From the NCBI RefSeq assembly GCF_006345805.1, contig NC_043000.1:72602001-72666000 (forward strand): DNA of 64,000 nt, written 5' to 3'. Below are positions 24,910-37,137 of the stretch, in pieces. Source of the DNA: Octopus sinensis (taxonomy: Eukaryota). The stretch's first letter is position 1, and every line of letters starts with the position of its first letter. The position numbers and the translations under genes were made by a program. The notes beneath the pieces are model-generated. The model saw only the letters and a list, made by a program, of their open reading frames with translations, was not told the DNA's origin and ran no database searches.

Positions 24910-27290
24910 TAATAATGATAATAAATATTTCTTTTATTTGCCACCAGGGTGAAGGATGAGGGGGACAATACAAAGACAGACATAATGTGTGGGGGTTTAC
25001 ATATAATGAAATGGAAAAGAAGAAGTATACACAGTATACATTAAAAAAAGTGAAGTATACATAGTATACAGCAATAAGGAAAAAAATTGTGATTGGGGAC
25101 CCCTGATGATAGAGGAACCTCACCATCCAAGATCACCCAGAATACCACGGACAAATACCTTTTCCAACTCCTTTCCTCCGACTCACAAGTCTACACTGAG
25201 AGTGGTACCATCCACTCTTGCCAGTTTCGCAACTTTCACCCACCTTTTCATAAATTCACTCGAGGACAGCACCTCCCACTCCACCCTCACTTCCCTTTTC
25301 AAGTGAAGCTTGAAACAGTCGATAAGGGCTTTAGCAAAGAGAAATGTTTCTGTCCTCATTCAGCTTCGTCCACAGGAAAACTGCCTTGCCTGCCCGATTA
25401 AAGGAAGTGGACGGGGCAATCATCACTATGGACTCGGACGATAGACGGATCCGTCCCACACGCGACAGTAGGTGTTTGACATAACTCCACAAATCAGCAG
25501 TTACCGGACAATGAACGAGAGCATGCAAAACGGTTTCGTCGCTCAACGCGCACCTCGGACAAGCCAGTCTGACAGCCCATCCGTGCCTGTAGAGTTTATT
25601 TCGAACTGGTAGCGCCCCGCGGTAGCACTGTCAAGCCAAAGACATTTGGAAATTATCTATAATAGTCACCGACCGAAAAATCCTTCGGAACAGACTTGCC
25701 AGTTCATCTTCGTCAACGCCCAGTCTCCCCTAGGACGTCGTTGCACTTTGCCCGCCACTAATCTTTTATAAATAGCTAAAGTGGTACATCCACCGAGCCT
25801 TTGCCTGACTGCTAGAGAACAGTGAATGCCTGATGACATTCTAAGTGCCAGGTGCCCAGTATTTGTCTATCCTTCACCCAGGATTCCATCTCAGTCAAAG
25901 AGACGAGTTGCAGAAATATACGACTCACAAACGGAACTCACACACGTTCACCTTCTACAAATCGTTGCAGGTGTAGCGCAACCTGTGCACATGTCTGCGA
26001 ATCAAAAGCCACGGCATGCTAACAACAGAAGGAGCTAACAACATTCCGACCGCACGACCATTGGAACACGTCCCTTCCACAAGAACATGAACAAGAGACG
26101 CTCCCACTTGATCAAGCAATAACTGTGGCAAGGCAGGCCCTTCGGACGATAAATGATAACGGAGGGGATGTAGGCATTCGTCACCTCTGCCCGACCTTTC
26201 AAGGACAGCTTCCTCTCAGCCCATTTCTGGGTAAGACTGGCCACCCTGTTCGTCACATCATCCCAATTCTTATCCACCTGAAGGTCGGGACCAAACCAGA
26301 TCCCGAGCAGTTTAACTGGTCCGTCAGTCCAGCGTCCGATGACGCCGTCTGACAGCATCGACCTGCCTCTCCAGGTGCCCAGTCGCAAGCCCACCAACTT
26401 CTCGGCATTGATTTTAGCCTCCGCAACCAACTCATATTCTACTAGAATGGAACCGACCGCCCCAGTTCGAGTCCCAGTTCGAAAGGAATGCCCCTCAATT
26501 ATTCCATCTTTCGCAGCAGTGGCTTGACAGCCAACACATACAGAAGAGGTGACAGCGGGCAGCCCTGACGGAGTGAGTGCGATGACTATTTACTTTGACC
26601 ACTGAGCAGGTACCGCTGTGCATTACAGCAATCCAGCCTTTGAAAACGGGACCGAAACTGGCCGCTTTAAGGACGGCTTCCAAGTAGCGATGGTCAACCG
26701 TAACGAATGCTTTTGATTGGTCCAAATCGATTAGGGCCTCACCAAAACCAGCTTTAGTCCCAGCCCGCTCTATGATGTATCTTATAAGGTGAAGATTGTC
26801 GTGGATAGACATGTTCGTAATTGCCCAACTAGCCAACTTTTTTGCTAACATCTTGGCCAAAATCTTAAACTCTGTTTAGCAGAGTTATGAGCCGAAAATT
26901 CCCTAGTATGTCCCCACTGTCAGCGTCCTTCTTCAACAGTTTCACCACACCCCGACTAACAGCACTGGATATTCTCCCGTTCTGTTGCCAGTCGCGGTAA
27001 ACGTCTGCCAAGAGCTCGCCAAACAAATCTGGCATAAATATATAGAATTAATAGGGCATACCATCTAAACCTGGCGATTTGCGACGTGCAATCGCTCTTC
27101 GCCTCTCATATTTCTATGGCCGTTATCGCAACTTTCGTATTTCGCCTCCAAGAAATGATCAAGAGCCATTCTTGCGGCCAACACGTCAGTCGCGTTGCCT
27201 TTACTAATCGTCTCTTCTAGCTTGTTAACTAGTTCTCCTAATCTGTTTCTTTTTTTCTATTGCTAACTCTTTGCTAAACGATATTCAGCT
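24910..27290 (-). mobile_element. Tx1-like LINE, 5'-truncated ORF2 plus 3' UTR
   Basis: ORFs 26495-26860 (IHDNLHLIRYI...LDQSKAF..VDHRYL...FGPVF) and 26035-26430 (KLLGIWFGPDLQVDKNW). AATAAA at 24938-24933 followed by an (ATT)-rich tail. Confidence 0.85.
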
Positions 27291-27299
27291 CAAACCATA

Positions 27300-28240
27300 G
27301 AAGAACCTAAAGGAAAAGATAATAATAGTGCTACCAATAAGGAAGGGATGACTGGCACCTGCTACTTAAGTGATTTAAGTTAGGAAGATGAGAAAATTTT
27401 AGATGAGTTTCAGGAAGTAAGAAAAAGATTGCCAGCATTAAAGGTACCAACAGAAGGAAGCTGTTAGAAATGACTAGGAAAGTTGATTTTTTTTATCAGT
27501 AGGATAGCTACTAAGTTCTGGAGTGATATTTGGGTTAAGCCAGTCAATTATAATGGAGATGCAGTATGGTTAAAGAAAGTGAGGGAAGAAATAGTCAGTG
27601 AGAAGCAGCCAGATCTAAGATTAACAAGTGCATTGATGAGTAAAGTATCAGGTAAAATGCTGAATTGAAAGGGCCCAGGACCAGATTTAGTTCAAGGGTA
27701 CTGGTTAAAGAAATTTAGATTACATGGAAAGCTGAGGGAACAATTTCAGGTTAAAGAAACCGGTATGAATGGACGAAACCTGAAAGTATTTGGTAAAATC
27801 CGCCTTGCTCTTAAGGATATAATTTCAGCTAATGATGTTCATATTACATATCTCAACCACCTGTACTATGCACGTAATACAAAAACTAATACAACCGCAG
27901 ACTCAAACCAAACGCAATAACAAAACATACTGATGCAATACAATATTCCCCAAGGGGAAAAAAAGGGAAAATGAAACACCACCACCCCACCTACCAACAT
28001 AAAAGTGCAGCAAGTGATGTAATAGAAAGTTACTTGAAACTATCAGATGTCGAAAAATAATAGTGGTGATGGCGATGGTAACAAATGTTGCCTTACCTTA
28101 AGATTTGAACAGATGGATAGAGAAGATAGGCATAAAACACAGTGTAGCATAGCACCAGAAAGCATTGTTTTTAGGGACAACTAGGATACTTAGGAGGATT
28201 CTTGACATCTAGGGTTATTTGTTGGAACCCGATATGAGGA
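27300..28240 (+). mobile_element. R4/Dong-type LINE remnant with internal deletions
   Basis: FWSDIW...NW(*)KGPGPDLVQGYWLKKF (RT N-terminus) at 27510-27720, and a 3'-end motif QK...GT.RILRR.LDI* at ~28160-28212. Confidence 0.65.
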
Positions 28241-28299
28241 TTTTTTCTTTTCCAACATTTTAATCTGTACATGAATAATAACAACAGTAATAATAGTTT

Positions 28300-28500
28300 C
28301 AAATTTTAGCACAAGGCCAGCAATTTTGAGATAGTCGGGTAAGTCGATTACATAGACGCCAGTTTTCAACTCGTACTTATTTGATCGACCCCGAAAGGAT
28401 GGAATGTAAAGTCGACCTCGTCGGATTTTGAATTCAGGAGTAAAGACGGACGAAATGCCGCTAAACATTTTTCCCGGTGTCTTAACGATTCTACCAGCAC
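28300..28500 (-). mobile_element. SINE family A
   Basis: Matches the 9641-9846 copy. Confidence 0.75.
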
Positions 28501-28509
28501 ACCGCATTC

Positions 28510-28561
28510 CAAAACGTTGAGAGTGGATTTGATAAACGGAAACTGGAAGAAGCCCGTCGTG

Positions 28562-28620
<59 letters not shown>

Positions 28621-28675
28621 TATGTGTGTTTGTGTCTGTGTCTGTTTGTCCCACCACCATCATTGCTTGACAAAG
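28510..28675 (-). mobile_element. SINE family B, internal fragment with (AT)n
   Basis: GTGGATTTGATAAACGGAAACTGGAAGAAGCCCGTCG-(AT)n-GTGTTTGTCCC...GCTTGACAA matches the family B core. The text reads in the same direction as the plus-strand copy at 57966, so the strand call is uncertain. Confidence 0.6.
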
Positions 28676-28789
28676 ATTTTTCTATGAACTTCATCAAACA
28701 TCAATAACTTACAGGGAAAATTAAATGGAATACATTTGATGACCGTTTTCGAAGGCATTCATGCATACTTCCATCCCTTCTGACTCCAA

Positions 28790-29260
28790 GAAAACTAACA
28801 TTGGAGTTTCTGAACGCTGTACCCTGAAAATCAGCCGCAAGAGGGGTAAGCCCTGTTCATTGTGCAACAGCATGATTCAAGTCAATTCCATCAGGTATCA
28901 ATCATAACAGAAATGTTATGATTTATACGGAAGCGGGGCGTGAAGAGTTTCCCATTTGGTGTACGCAACAGAATGCACCAACCACAACTTGGTTTGTATT
29001 GGTTATACAACAGAACAATTAAACAAAAGATTCAACGTGGACAGGTATGACATCAGGCACAATAGCAATAGTTCGACAGAACTTGTCGAACATTTTACAT
29101 CAAACAGCTGCAATTTTGAAAAAGACTTGAAAGTGCATATTCTCAGAAAATATTCTGAATCTACTACACTTTCAGTCCTCAAAATGTATGAGGACAAATA
29201 TCACGCCCTGGAGGAATGAACAAAATGACAGAGGAATTTAATCGTATTTGCACAAAACTA
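28790..29260 (+). mobile_element. Penelope-like GIY-YIG endonuclease remnant
   Basis: ORF 28956-29219 VYATECTNHNLVCIGYTTEQLNKRFN..R.DI......ELVEHF....C.FEKDLKVHIL has the GIY-YIG layout, preceded by a Cys-rich segment. Confidence 0.75.
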
Positions 29261-29521
29261 TTAAATATTCTTTTTCTTTTTCCTTCTTTTCTCTTTTTAT
29301 GTATTTACCAGTTGTAAAATTGAAAATACAAGACTGTTGATGTTATTCTATCAAAGTCAGAATACAGGATCTCCTCATTCAAACTTATGTATTTGAATTT
29401 CTATAATTTTGAATTTCCATGTATCTATTCTCCTTTTGAATTCGACATAGGCAAGCTGTGGAAATATGGTTCAAATTAATCAAATGGTTATTGTAATCTC
29501 ATCGCTCTTTTCATATTGTCT

Positions 29522-29522
<1 letters not shown>

Positions 29523-29595
<73 letters not shown>

Positions 29596-29596
29596 C

Positions 29597-29627
<31 letters not shown>

Positions 29628-29722
29628 TTAATAATAATAATATTAATAATAATATACAGGGAATAATAATAATAATAATAATATAATAATAATAATAATA
29701 TAATATAATAATAATAATAATA
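29523..29722. repeat. (AAT)n microsatellite
   Basis: Directly visible; abuts the 5' end of a Dong-type fragment. Confidence 0.95.
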
Positions 29723-31303
29723 AGGAAAAATGACAGAAACATTTAACGTTAACCTTGACCAGCAGAATGTCATAAAAGAATTAGACCCAGCGGAGAGCTA
29801 CAAGTACCTAGGGATAATTGAAGGGGACGGAATAAGGCATTCAGTGATGAAGGAAAGGATCAGGAGAGAATGTTATCGCAGAGTAAGAGCAATACTCAAG
29901 ACAGAGCTGAATGCAAGAAACAGGATCGAAGCGATCAATGCTTTAACCATACCAGTCATGGCTTACAGTTTCAATATCGTTAACTGGTCAATTACTGAAA
30001 TATGTAATCTTGACAGAAAAATACGAAAACTGTTGACAATGCATAGAATGCACCACCCTAAGGCAGATATAGAACGACTTTATCTGCCAAGAAAAGAGGG
30101 AGGCCGTGGACTTTTACAACTGGCAATAACAATGAAGATTGCTACAATTGGCCTAGACACCTACCTGAAAAACTCTGAGGACTGGATGTTAAAACTTGTC
30201 TCAAAACATGAAAACAAGAAAGCATCATACTCAGTAACAAAACAGGCAAAGGAATATCTAAGAGAATTCCGAATACAACAAATTTCGGAATTAGACATAC
30301 AAGAAACAAGCACAGAAAAAGCTAAACGCATGAAAACCCGTGCTAAAACTGCTGCCTTAGATATTCTGAATGATAAATGGCAAGAAAAACCTCTCTATGG
30401 CAAAATACCCAAAGAGAGCGAATAATGCAGATGTTGACAAAGCCCTGACCCATCAATGGCTAATAACATCTGGCTTAAAATCTGAAACAGAAGGGTTTAT
30501 CATAGCAGCTCAAGATCAATGCCTACCAACAAGGAACTACCAGTCCAACATATTAAAGAACGGCAGTAGCCCAACATGTCGTGTATGTCAACAACAAAAT
30601 GAACCCATTGATCATGTTGTCTCCTAGTGCAGTCTTCTTGCGCCTACAGAGTATCTCAACAGGCATAATAGAGCTGCACAATATATTCACTGGGTAATCT
30701 GCAAAAACCTGGATTTACCCCATGAAAAAAACTGGTGGGAACACAAACCACCTCCAGTGCTTGAAAATGACCACATCTCACTCCTCTGGAACTTCTCCAT
30801 TCAAACTGACAGAAAGATAGATGCAAATAGGCCAGACATCATATTGAAAGACTTCAAACAAAGAACATGCCTCCTCATTGATATGACTGTCCCAATCGAT
30901 ATAAACGTATCTGTCAAAACCTACCAAAAACTGAGCAAATATAAAGATCTTGAAATAGAAATCAGCAAAATGTTGAACCTGAAAACTAAAACTATACCTG
31001 TTGTCATAGGTGCCCTGGGAATGATCGCTACCTAACTCAGATACCAGGAAACCCCAAAATGGCAGAAATTCAAAAGATAGTGCTCATGGGAACTGCTCAT
31101 ATCCTACGCAAAATACTTTCTATGTAATCTCAAGTTTTATAACAAACATAATTTTCGTTTTTTTTTTTAGACAACACTAAATACAAAACCAAATATATGG
31201 CACACTAGGCATAACAACATCACGAACTTCCAACCTGTTGTCTCTTGAGGTCTCTGGGTGAGACTTGGAGCCAACTTGTACAAATATAAAGCAAAAGTCA
31301 AAC

Positions 31304-31305
<2 letters not shown>
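29723..31305 (+). mobile_element. R4/Dong-type LINE, 5'-truncated (RT C-terminus, CCHC knuckle, restriction-like endonuclease, 3' UTR)
   Basis: ORFs 29730-30425, 30370-30627 (CRVCQQQNEPIDHVVS) and 30757-31035 (ANRPDI...LIDMTVP...KLSKYKDL...IPVVIGALG). (AAT)n on both sides. Confidence 0.9.
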
Positions 31306-31344
<39 letters not shown>

Positions 31345-31346
31345 TA

Positions 31347-31800
31347 GAATATGAGCGAAATAAGGAAGATTGACAGGAAAATCCCTAAGCAGCTGACTTG
31401 CAATAAGATGCACCATCCATCCAAAAGGCAGATGCAGATCGTCTTTACCTACTCAGAGCTCAATGAAGTCAAGGCTTGATCCAATTTGAAATCTATTACA
31501 AAACTACCACAACTGTACTCGCAAAATATCTTGAAATATCTAATGACTGGATGCTAAAGCTCGTTGAAAACCACGGGAGACGTAAAAGGTTTGATTCAGT
31601 TATGAATGAGAACAAAAAAATTGCTAGTGAGTTTATGCATAATACCCTGGTTAAACAGCATGTTGGAAGTGCAGCAACTGTAGCAAATAAAAATGCGTTT
31701 GAACAATTGGCTGATAGGTGGGAACAAAAACCTCTGCATGGAAAATGCGTGGCCCGTAGAAAACAAGCTGATGTAGACAGGAAGCATACCCATCAGTGAC
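31347..31800 (+). mobile_element. R4/Dong-type LINE fragment (different subfamily)
   Basis: IRKIDRK...MHHP.KADADRLY...GLIQ.E.YYK.T...W..KPLHGK motifs; begins after (AAT)n. Confidence 0.75.
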
Positions 31801-32054
31801 TACAGACACTGAAGCTTTTTACCCTTTTATTTTCTTTGTTTACTTTTTTATTTTATATTTTTCCTTTTTCTCTGTGTATTTCTTCCTCTTTTTCTCTATC
31901 ACATGACTTTGTGAATGAACAGAGTGTTTATTTTAAAGGCCTACGATTATATACAGTGCGTTTCTCTGCGCTAGGTGTCAGGAAGACACTCGGCACGAAA
32001 TGGAGACAAAAATGTAAGATGATAATGAAAATAATAATGATAATCATAATTGTT

Positions 32055-32258
32055 TCTAGTATGGGCACAGAGCCCGAAATTTTGGGAGAGGGGCTAGTCT
32101 ATTATATTGACTCCAGTGCGTAACTGGTACTTATTTCATCGATTCCGAAAGGATTAAAGGCAAAGTCGACTTCGGCGGAATTTGAATTTAGAATGTAGCG
32201 ACGGGCGAAACAACATTAAGCACTTCGTCGGGCGTGCTAACGATTTTACTAGCTCGTC
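32055..32258 (-). mobile_element. SINE family A
   Basis: Matches the 9641-9846 copy. A second partial copy lies at ~32440-32570. Confidence 0.8.
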
Positions 32259-32322
32259 GTCTTATGGATAGTAATAATAATAATAATATAATAATAATAA
32301 TATAATAATAATAATAATAATG

Positions 32323-32355
<33 letters not shown>

Positions 32356-32383
32356 TAATAATAATAATAATATAATAATAATG

Positions 32384-32423
<40 letters not shown>

Positions 32424-32573
32424 TAATAATAATAATCCTTTCTATTATAGACACAAAACCTGAAATTTTAGAGAGAGGGGCTAGTCGATTACATTAATCC
32501 CAGTGAGTAACTGGTACTTATTTCATCGAGTCTAGCATGTAACTGCTAGGTGGAATTTGAACTTAGAACGTAG

Positions 32574-32660
32574 AAGAAGAAGAAGAAGAAGAAGAAGAAG
32601 AAGAAGAAGAAGAAGAAGAAGAAGAAGAAGAAGAAGAAGAAGAAGAAGAAGAAGAAGAAG
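32574..32660. repeat. Pure (GAA)n tract
   Basis: Directly visible. Confidence 0.95.
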
Positions 32661-33199
32661 ACATTGCAGTCCCTTCCGATCAAAATATTGTCAAAAAAGA
32701 AGTGAAATTATCAATGTACAAAGACCTCGAAACTAAAGTATTCAAAATGTGGAGTAGAAAGGTAAAAACAATACCATAATTGGAGCATTGGGCATGACAA
32801 AAGATCATATGAACAAAAGAAGCTAATACTTGGACCCTCAACACTACACACTGTTAAAAAAAATAGCCTTGCTAGGAACAGCCCACATCCTACGCAAGAC
32901 ACTATCAATCCAATAATACAACCTAAACAAAACAACCTACAAATACTAGACACTCTCTATACAGCAATTTACCCAGTGAAATAAACTACCACCAGCAAGC
33001 CACTAAACCAAAGCATTACACACTCAACACACCAAACAAGCAGTAACAAAACAATAGACAGCACCACACAAAATACAATACCCGGAAGAGTTCGCAGAAA
33101 AGAACACACAATGCTGAACACACCCCAGCAACACGGAGGTGTAGCAGGTGATGCAGTAGAAATTTGCCTCAATCTATCAAATATTGAACAGTTATATAA

Positions 33200-33200
<1 letters not shown>
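32661..33200 (+). mobile_element. R4/Dong-type LINE 3' fragment (endonuclease end and 3' UTR)
   Basis: DIAVPSDQNIVKKE.KLSMYKDLE...MW....IGALGM...LGTAHILRKTLSI; followed by (AAT)n at 33201-33284. Confidence 0.8.
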
Positions 33201-33284
<84 letters not shown>

Positions 33285-33292
33285 GGGAATAC

Positions 33293-36200
33293 ACCGGGGT
33301 CGTTTAAGATGTAAGAAGGAGAAAACAGAGCTCCGAAATCTATCCACAAACATCGAAATCAAGGACATCGTATGGAGCCAAAGATTTACTAACAAAGGAT
33401 TGGACTGTATCCGAGTAAATAATACTCATTCAAATTTATTACTATTTTCGAAACGAAATGATGTATTTTCACTCGATATCATCTCCACCTCTAACACAAC
33501 ACATGTAAACATGCGTGAAACATTACGATCCATCAACACCAGATAATCCCCGACCCCAAACACCATGTACAAAGGAACTACGAAGAAATTAAATGCCACC
33601 GATATTATTCAACCCAAGAATAACAATCGAGCGGTACGTACTTTAAACTTACAACAAAAAATGTACGAAAAACTACACGTGCGAAATAATGTGACAACAG
33701 AAATGAACGGATCGGTACCCTACGAAAATGACGACCGTCAAAATAATGGGCCGGACGTTGTTCCTCATGTCCCGCAAATAAAACCCAAAAGACATAAATG
33801 GACACGTGAGGAATAAATTTCTATCTTACACGCATACTTCACAGCAGTGCTCTACCCAAAAAATGAAAATACAACAACACATACATATAAAATATTGAAG
33901 GAAAACAACATAAATATAGACTTGGATATAGCAATGAAGCCTAATAAATTAGCTAATGTGCGAAGATACATTCTCAACGCAAAAAAAATATCAGAAATAG
34001 AAATAGAACATCTAAAAGAAAAAATACACCAGGAAAATGTAGATAGAAGCCACACAACAATACCCAATAATATAAACACTGACATAGTAAAACGCGAAGA
34101 CAAACGAAACATTCCCAACAAACACGATGTAAACAACGAAGGGGAGCCTAATGATTATGATAATATAAAAAGTAAAATAATCAAAGAACTGAAAACCACG
34201 GAGCTCAAAATGGACCACCGACCATACCTCCCAAGAATCAAAATAGACGAAACAACAACACCAATTATAAACATCATAAACCTAGCCGTCACGGAACTAA
34301 TAGCCACTGAAACAAAAAGCGATATCACTGAGCTAAATGACTTAGTATACGCAGCAGCCACTGCAGCCGCAAAAGAAGCTGGATACTCACTAAAACCCAT
34401 CCAAACAGGAGTACCACCACCCAAACAAACCCTGTGGATAAATAATATCCAAAACAAAATACAAAAAATGAGAAAAGATCTGTCGATTCTTAATGAAATC
34501 AGCAGACAATCAACGCTACTGAGCAACAAAAAGAAAACAAAAATACTCCGCAAATATAACATCACAGAAAAAGATTTACCTGAGATAAGAGAAAAGCTGA
34601 AGCAAGATATCCTTGCCAAAGCACAATGGATCCGCCGGTACGAGAAACGCCAGTGCTTCTTTGAAGAAAACAAAAAGTTCAGCTCCAACCCCAAGAACTT
34701 GGCAAAAATAAAATAGAAATCACTGCAGCACCAACGGCAGAAGAAGTGGAAGAATTCTGGAGAGAAATATGGTCGGCGAACGAACAACCAAAAAAAAGAG
34801 TATCAAAATAACAAACTCGGCATCTGAACAACTTTGTACCCCCATAACAACTAAAGAGGTCACTCAGGCACTGCAAAGACTAAGCAACTGGAAGGCACCT
34901 GGGCATAACAAGATCCCCAACTTCTGGTTGAAATATATAACAGGAATGCACAAAAAGCTGGCTGAAAGCTTTAACAACATACTAGCAGAGCCAGAGACAA
35001 TGCCTGAATGGCTCACGAAGGGGAAAACCATCTTAATTCCCAAATCAAATGAGACGGCAAAACCAGAAAACTACAGACCAATAACCTGTCTCCCTACAAT
35101 GTTCAAGGCATTTACTGCAGTGATATCGCAAAGGTTGAACAAGCACCTGGACGAAAACAAACTGTTCCCAGAAGAGCAGAAAGGATGCCGCAAAGGCTCC
35201 TATGGCTGTAAAGATCAACTAATGATTAATAAAGCCATAACTGAAGACAGCCACAGAAAGAAGAAAGGCCTCAGTATGGCCTGGATCGACTACAAAAAGG
35301 CGTTTGATAGCATCCCCCACACATGGATCCTCGAAACACTAGCCATTAACAAAGTAGCACCAACAATCATAAAATTCATAGGGCACTCTATGAATAAATG
35401 GCAAACAGTGCTACAGCTCCAAACAAAAGAGGGACTCATGAAAACCAAAGACATCCCCATTAGAAGAGGAATATTACAGGGAGACACGCTCTCTCCACTC
35501 CTTTTCTGCTTGGCACTGTCACCCCTATCTGATATGCGGGTTACGGCAAAACGATCAGCCACCTTTTATATATGGATGACCTAAAACTATATGCAGAAGA
35601 AGAAGAAAAGAAGAAGAAGAAAAGAAGAAGAAGAAGAGAGAAGAAGAAGAAGCAGAAGAAGAAGAAGAAGAATAAGAAGAAGAAGAAGAATAAGAAGAAG
35701 AAGAAGAAGAAAAGAAGAAGAAGAAGAGAAGAAGAAGAAGAATAAGAAGAAGAAGCAGAAGAAATAGAAGAAGAAGAAGCAGAAGAAGAAGAAGAAGAAG
35801 AAGAAGAAGAAGAAGAAGAAGAAGAGAGAAGAAGAAGAAGAAGAAGAAGAAGAAGAAGAGAAGAAAAGAAGAGAAGAAGAAGAAGAAGAAGAAGAAGAGA
35901 AGAAGAAGAAGAAGAAGAAGAAGAAGAAGAAGAAGAAGAGCTATAAAACAAGTGAAATCCAAACTAAAAATAGAACAGCAACGAACCATGATAAAACGAC
36001 GGCAAGAAAAGCCCCTTCGTGGTAAATACTGGACTAAACTAAACGCAAAAGAAATAGACAAAGAAAAATCACAACAATGGTTGAGAAGCTCAGGACTCAA
36101 AGCAGAAACAGAGGGATTTTAATTGCAGCACAAGACCAAAGCCTCCCCACCAGAAATTACCAAAAACATGTAAAGAAAAGAAATATTACAAGTAACTGCA

Positions 36201-36861
36201 GAATATGTGGTGATGGACAAGAAACAATAAATCATATTATCTCTAGCTGCCCAGTCCTAGCTAAGAAGGAATATATTCACAGACACGACAGAGTTGGGAC
36301 CTATATACACTGGAAGCTATGCCAACATTATGAAATAACAACAGAAAAAAGATGGTATAGGCACACACCAGAAAAGGTCACAGAAAACGAGAAAGCAACC
36401 ATACTCTGGGATATGCCGATACACACAGATAGAGAAATTAAGGCCAACAGACCAGATATAGTTGTCAAAGATCATGAAGAAAAAAAATGCTTTCTAATTG
36501 ATGTATCAATACCGGCTGATGACAACGTGTCTCTAAAAGAAATGGAGAAACTCTCAAAATACAAAGACCTAGAAATAGAGGTAACCAGAATGTGGAATCT
36601 AAAAACAGAAACAATTCCTATCATAGTAGGTGCATTAGGCATGATAAAAAAAATATTCAGACAAATACATAACAAAAACACCAGGACTTACAAACACATA
36701 TAACATAGAGAAAATTGCACTATTAGGCACTGCACACATCCTACGCAGAACACTTTCCATACAATAACCATTAGAGCATCACAACTAATCACAGCACATA
36801 CCCAAGGCACAGAGAGCTGCGCTCGGTAGGGAAGTGAAAGCACGCTATAAAAATAAAACCA

Positions 36862-36864
<3 letters not shown>
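33293..36864 (+). mobile_element. Near-full-length R4/Dong-type LINE, copy 1 (disrupted; ~675-bp deletion; GAA tract 35596-35940)
   Basis: ORFs 33565-33816, 33847-34716, 34769-35584 (RT: NYRPITCL, QKGCRKGSYGCKDQL, AWIDYKKAFDS, QGDTLSPLLF, YMDD) and 36077-36703 (CCHC, NRPDI endonuclease). (AAT)n on both sides. Confidence 0.93.

Positions 36865-37135
<271 letters not shown>

Positions 37136-37137
<2 letters not shown>

Noticed and set aside
29330-29375. CTGTTGATG...CAAAGTC downstream of the GIY-YIG remnant as a hammerhead
   Set aside because: No GAAA and no pairable helices; too degenerate to support.
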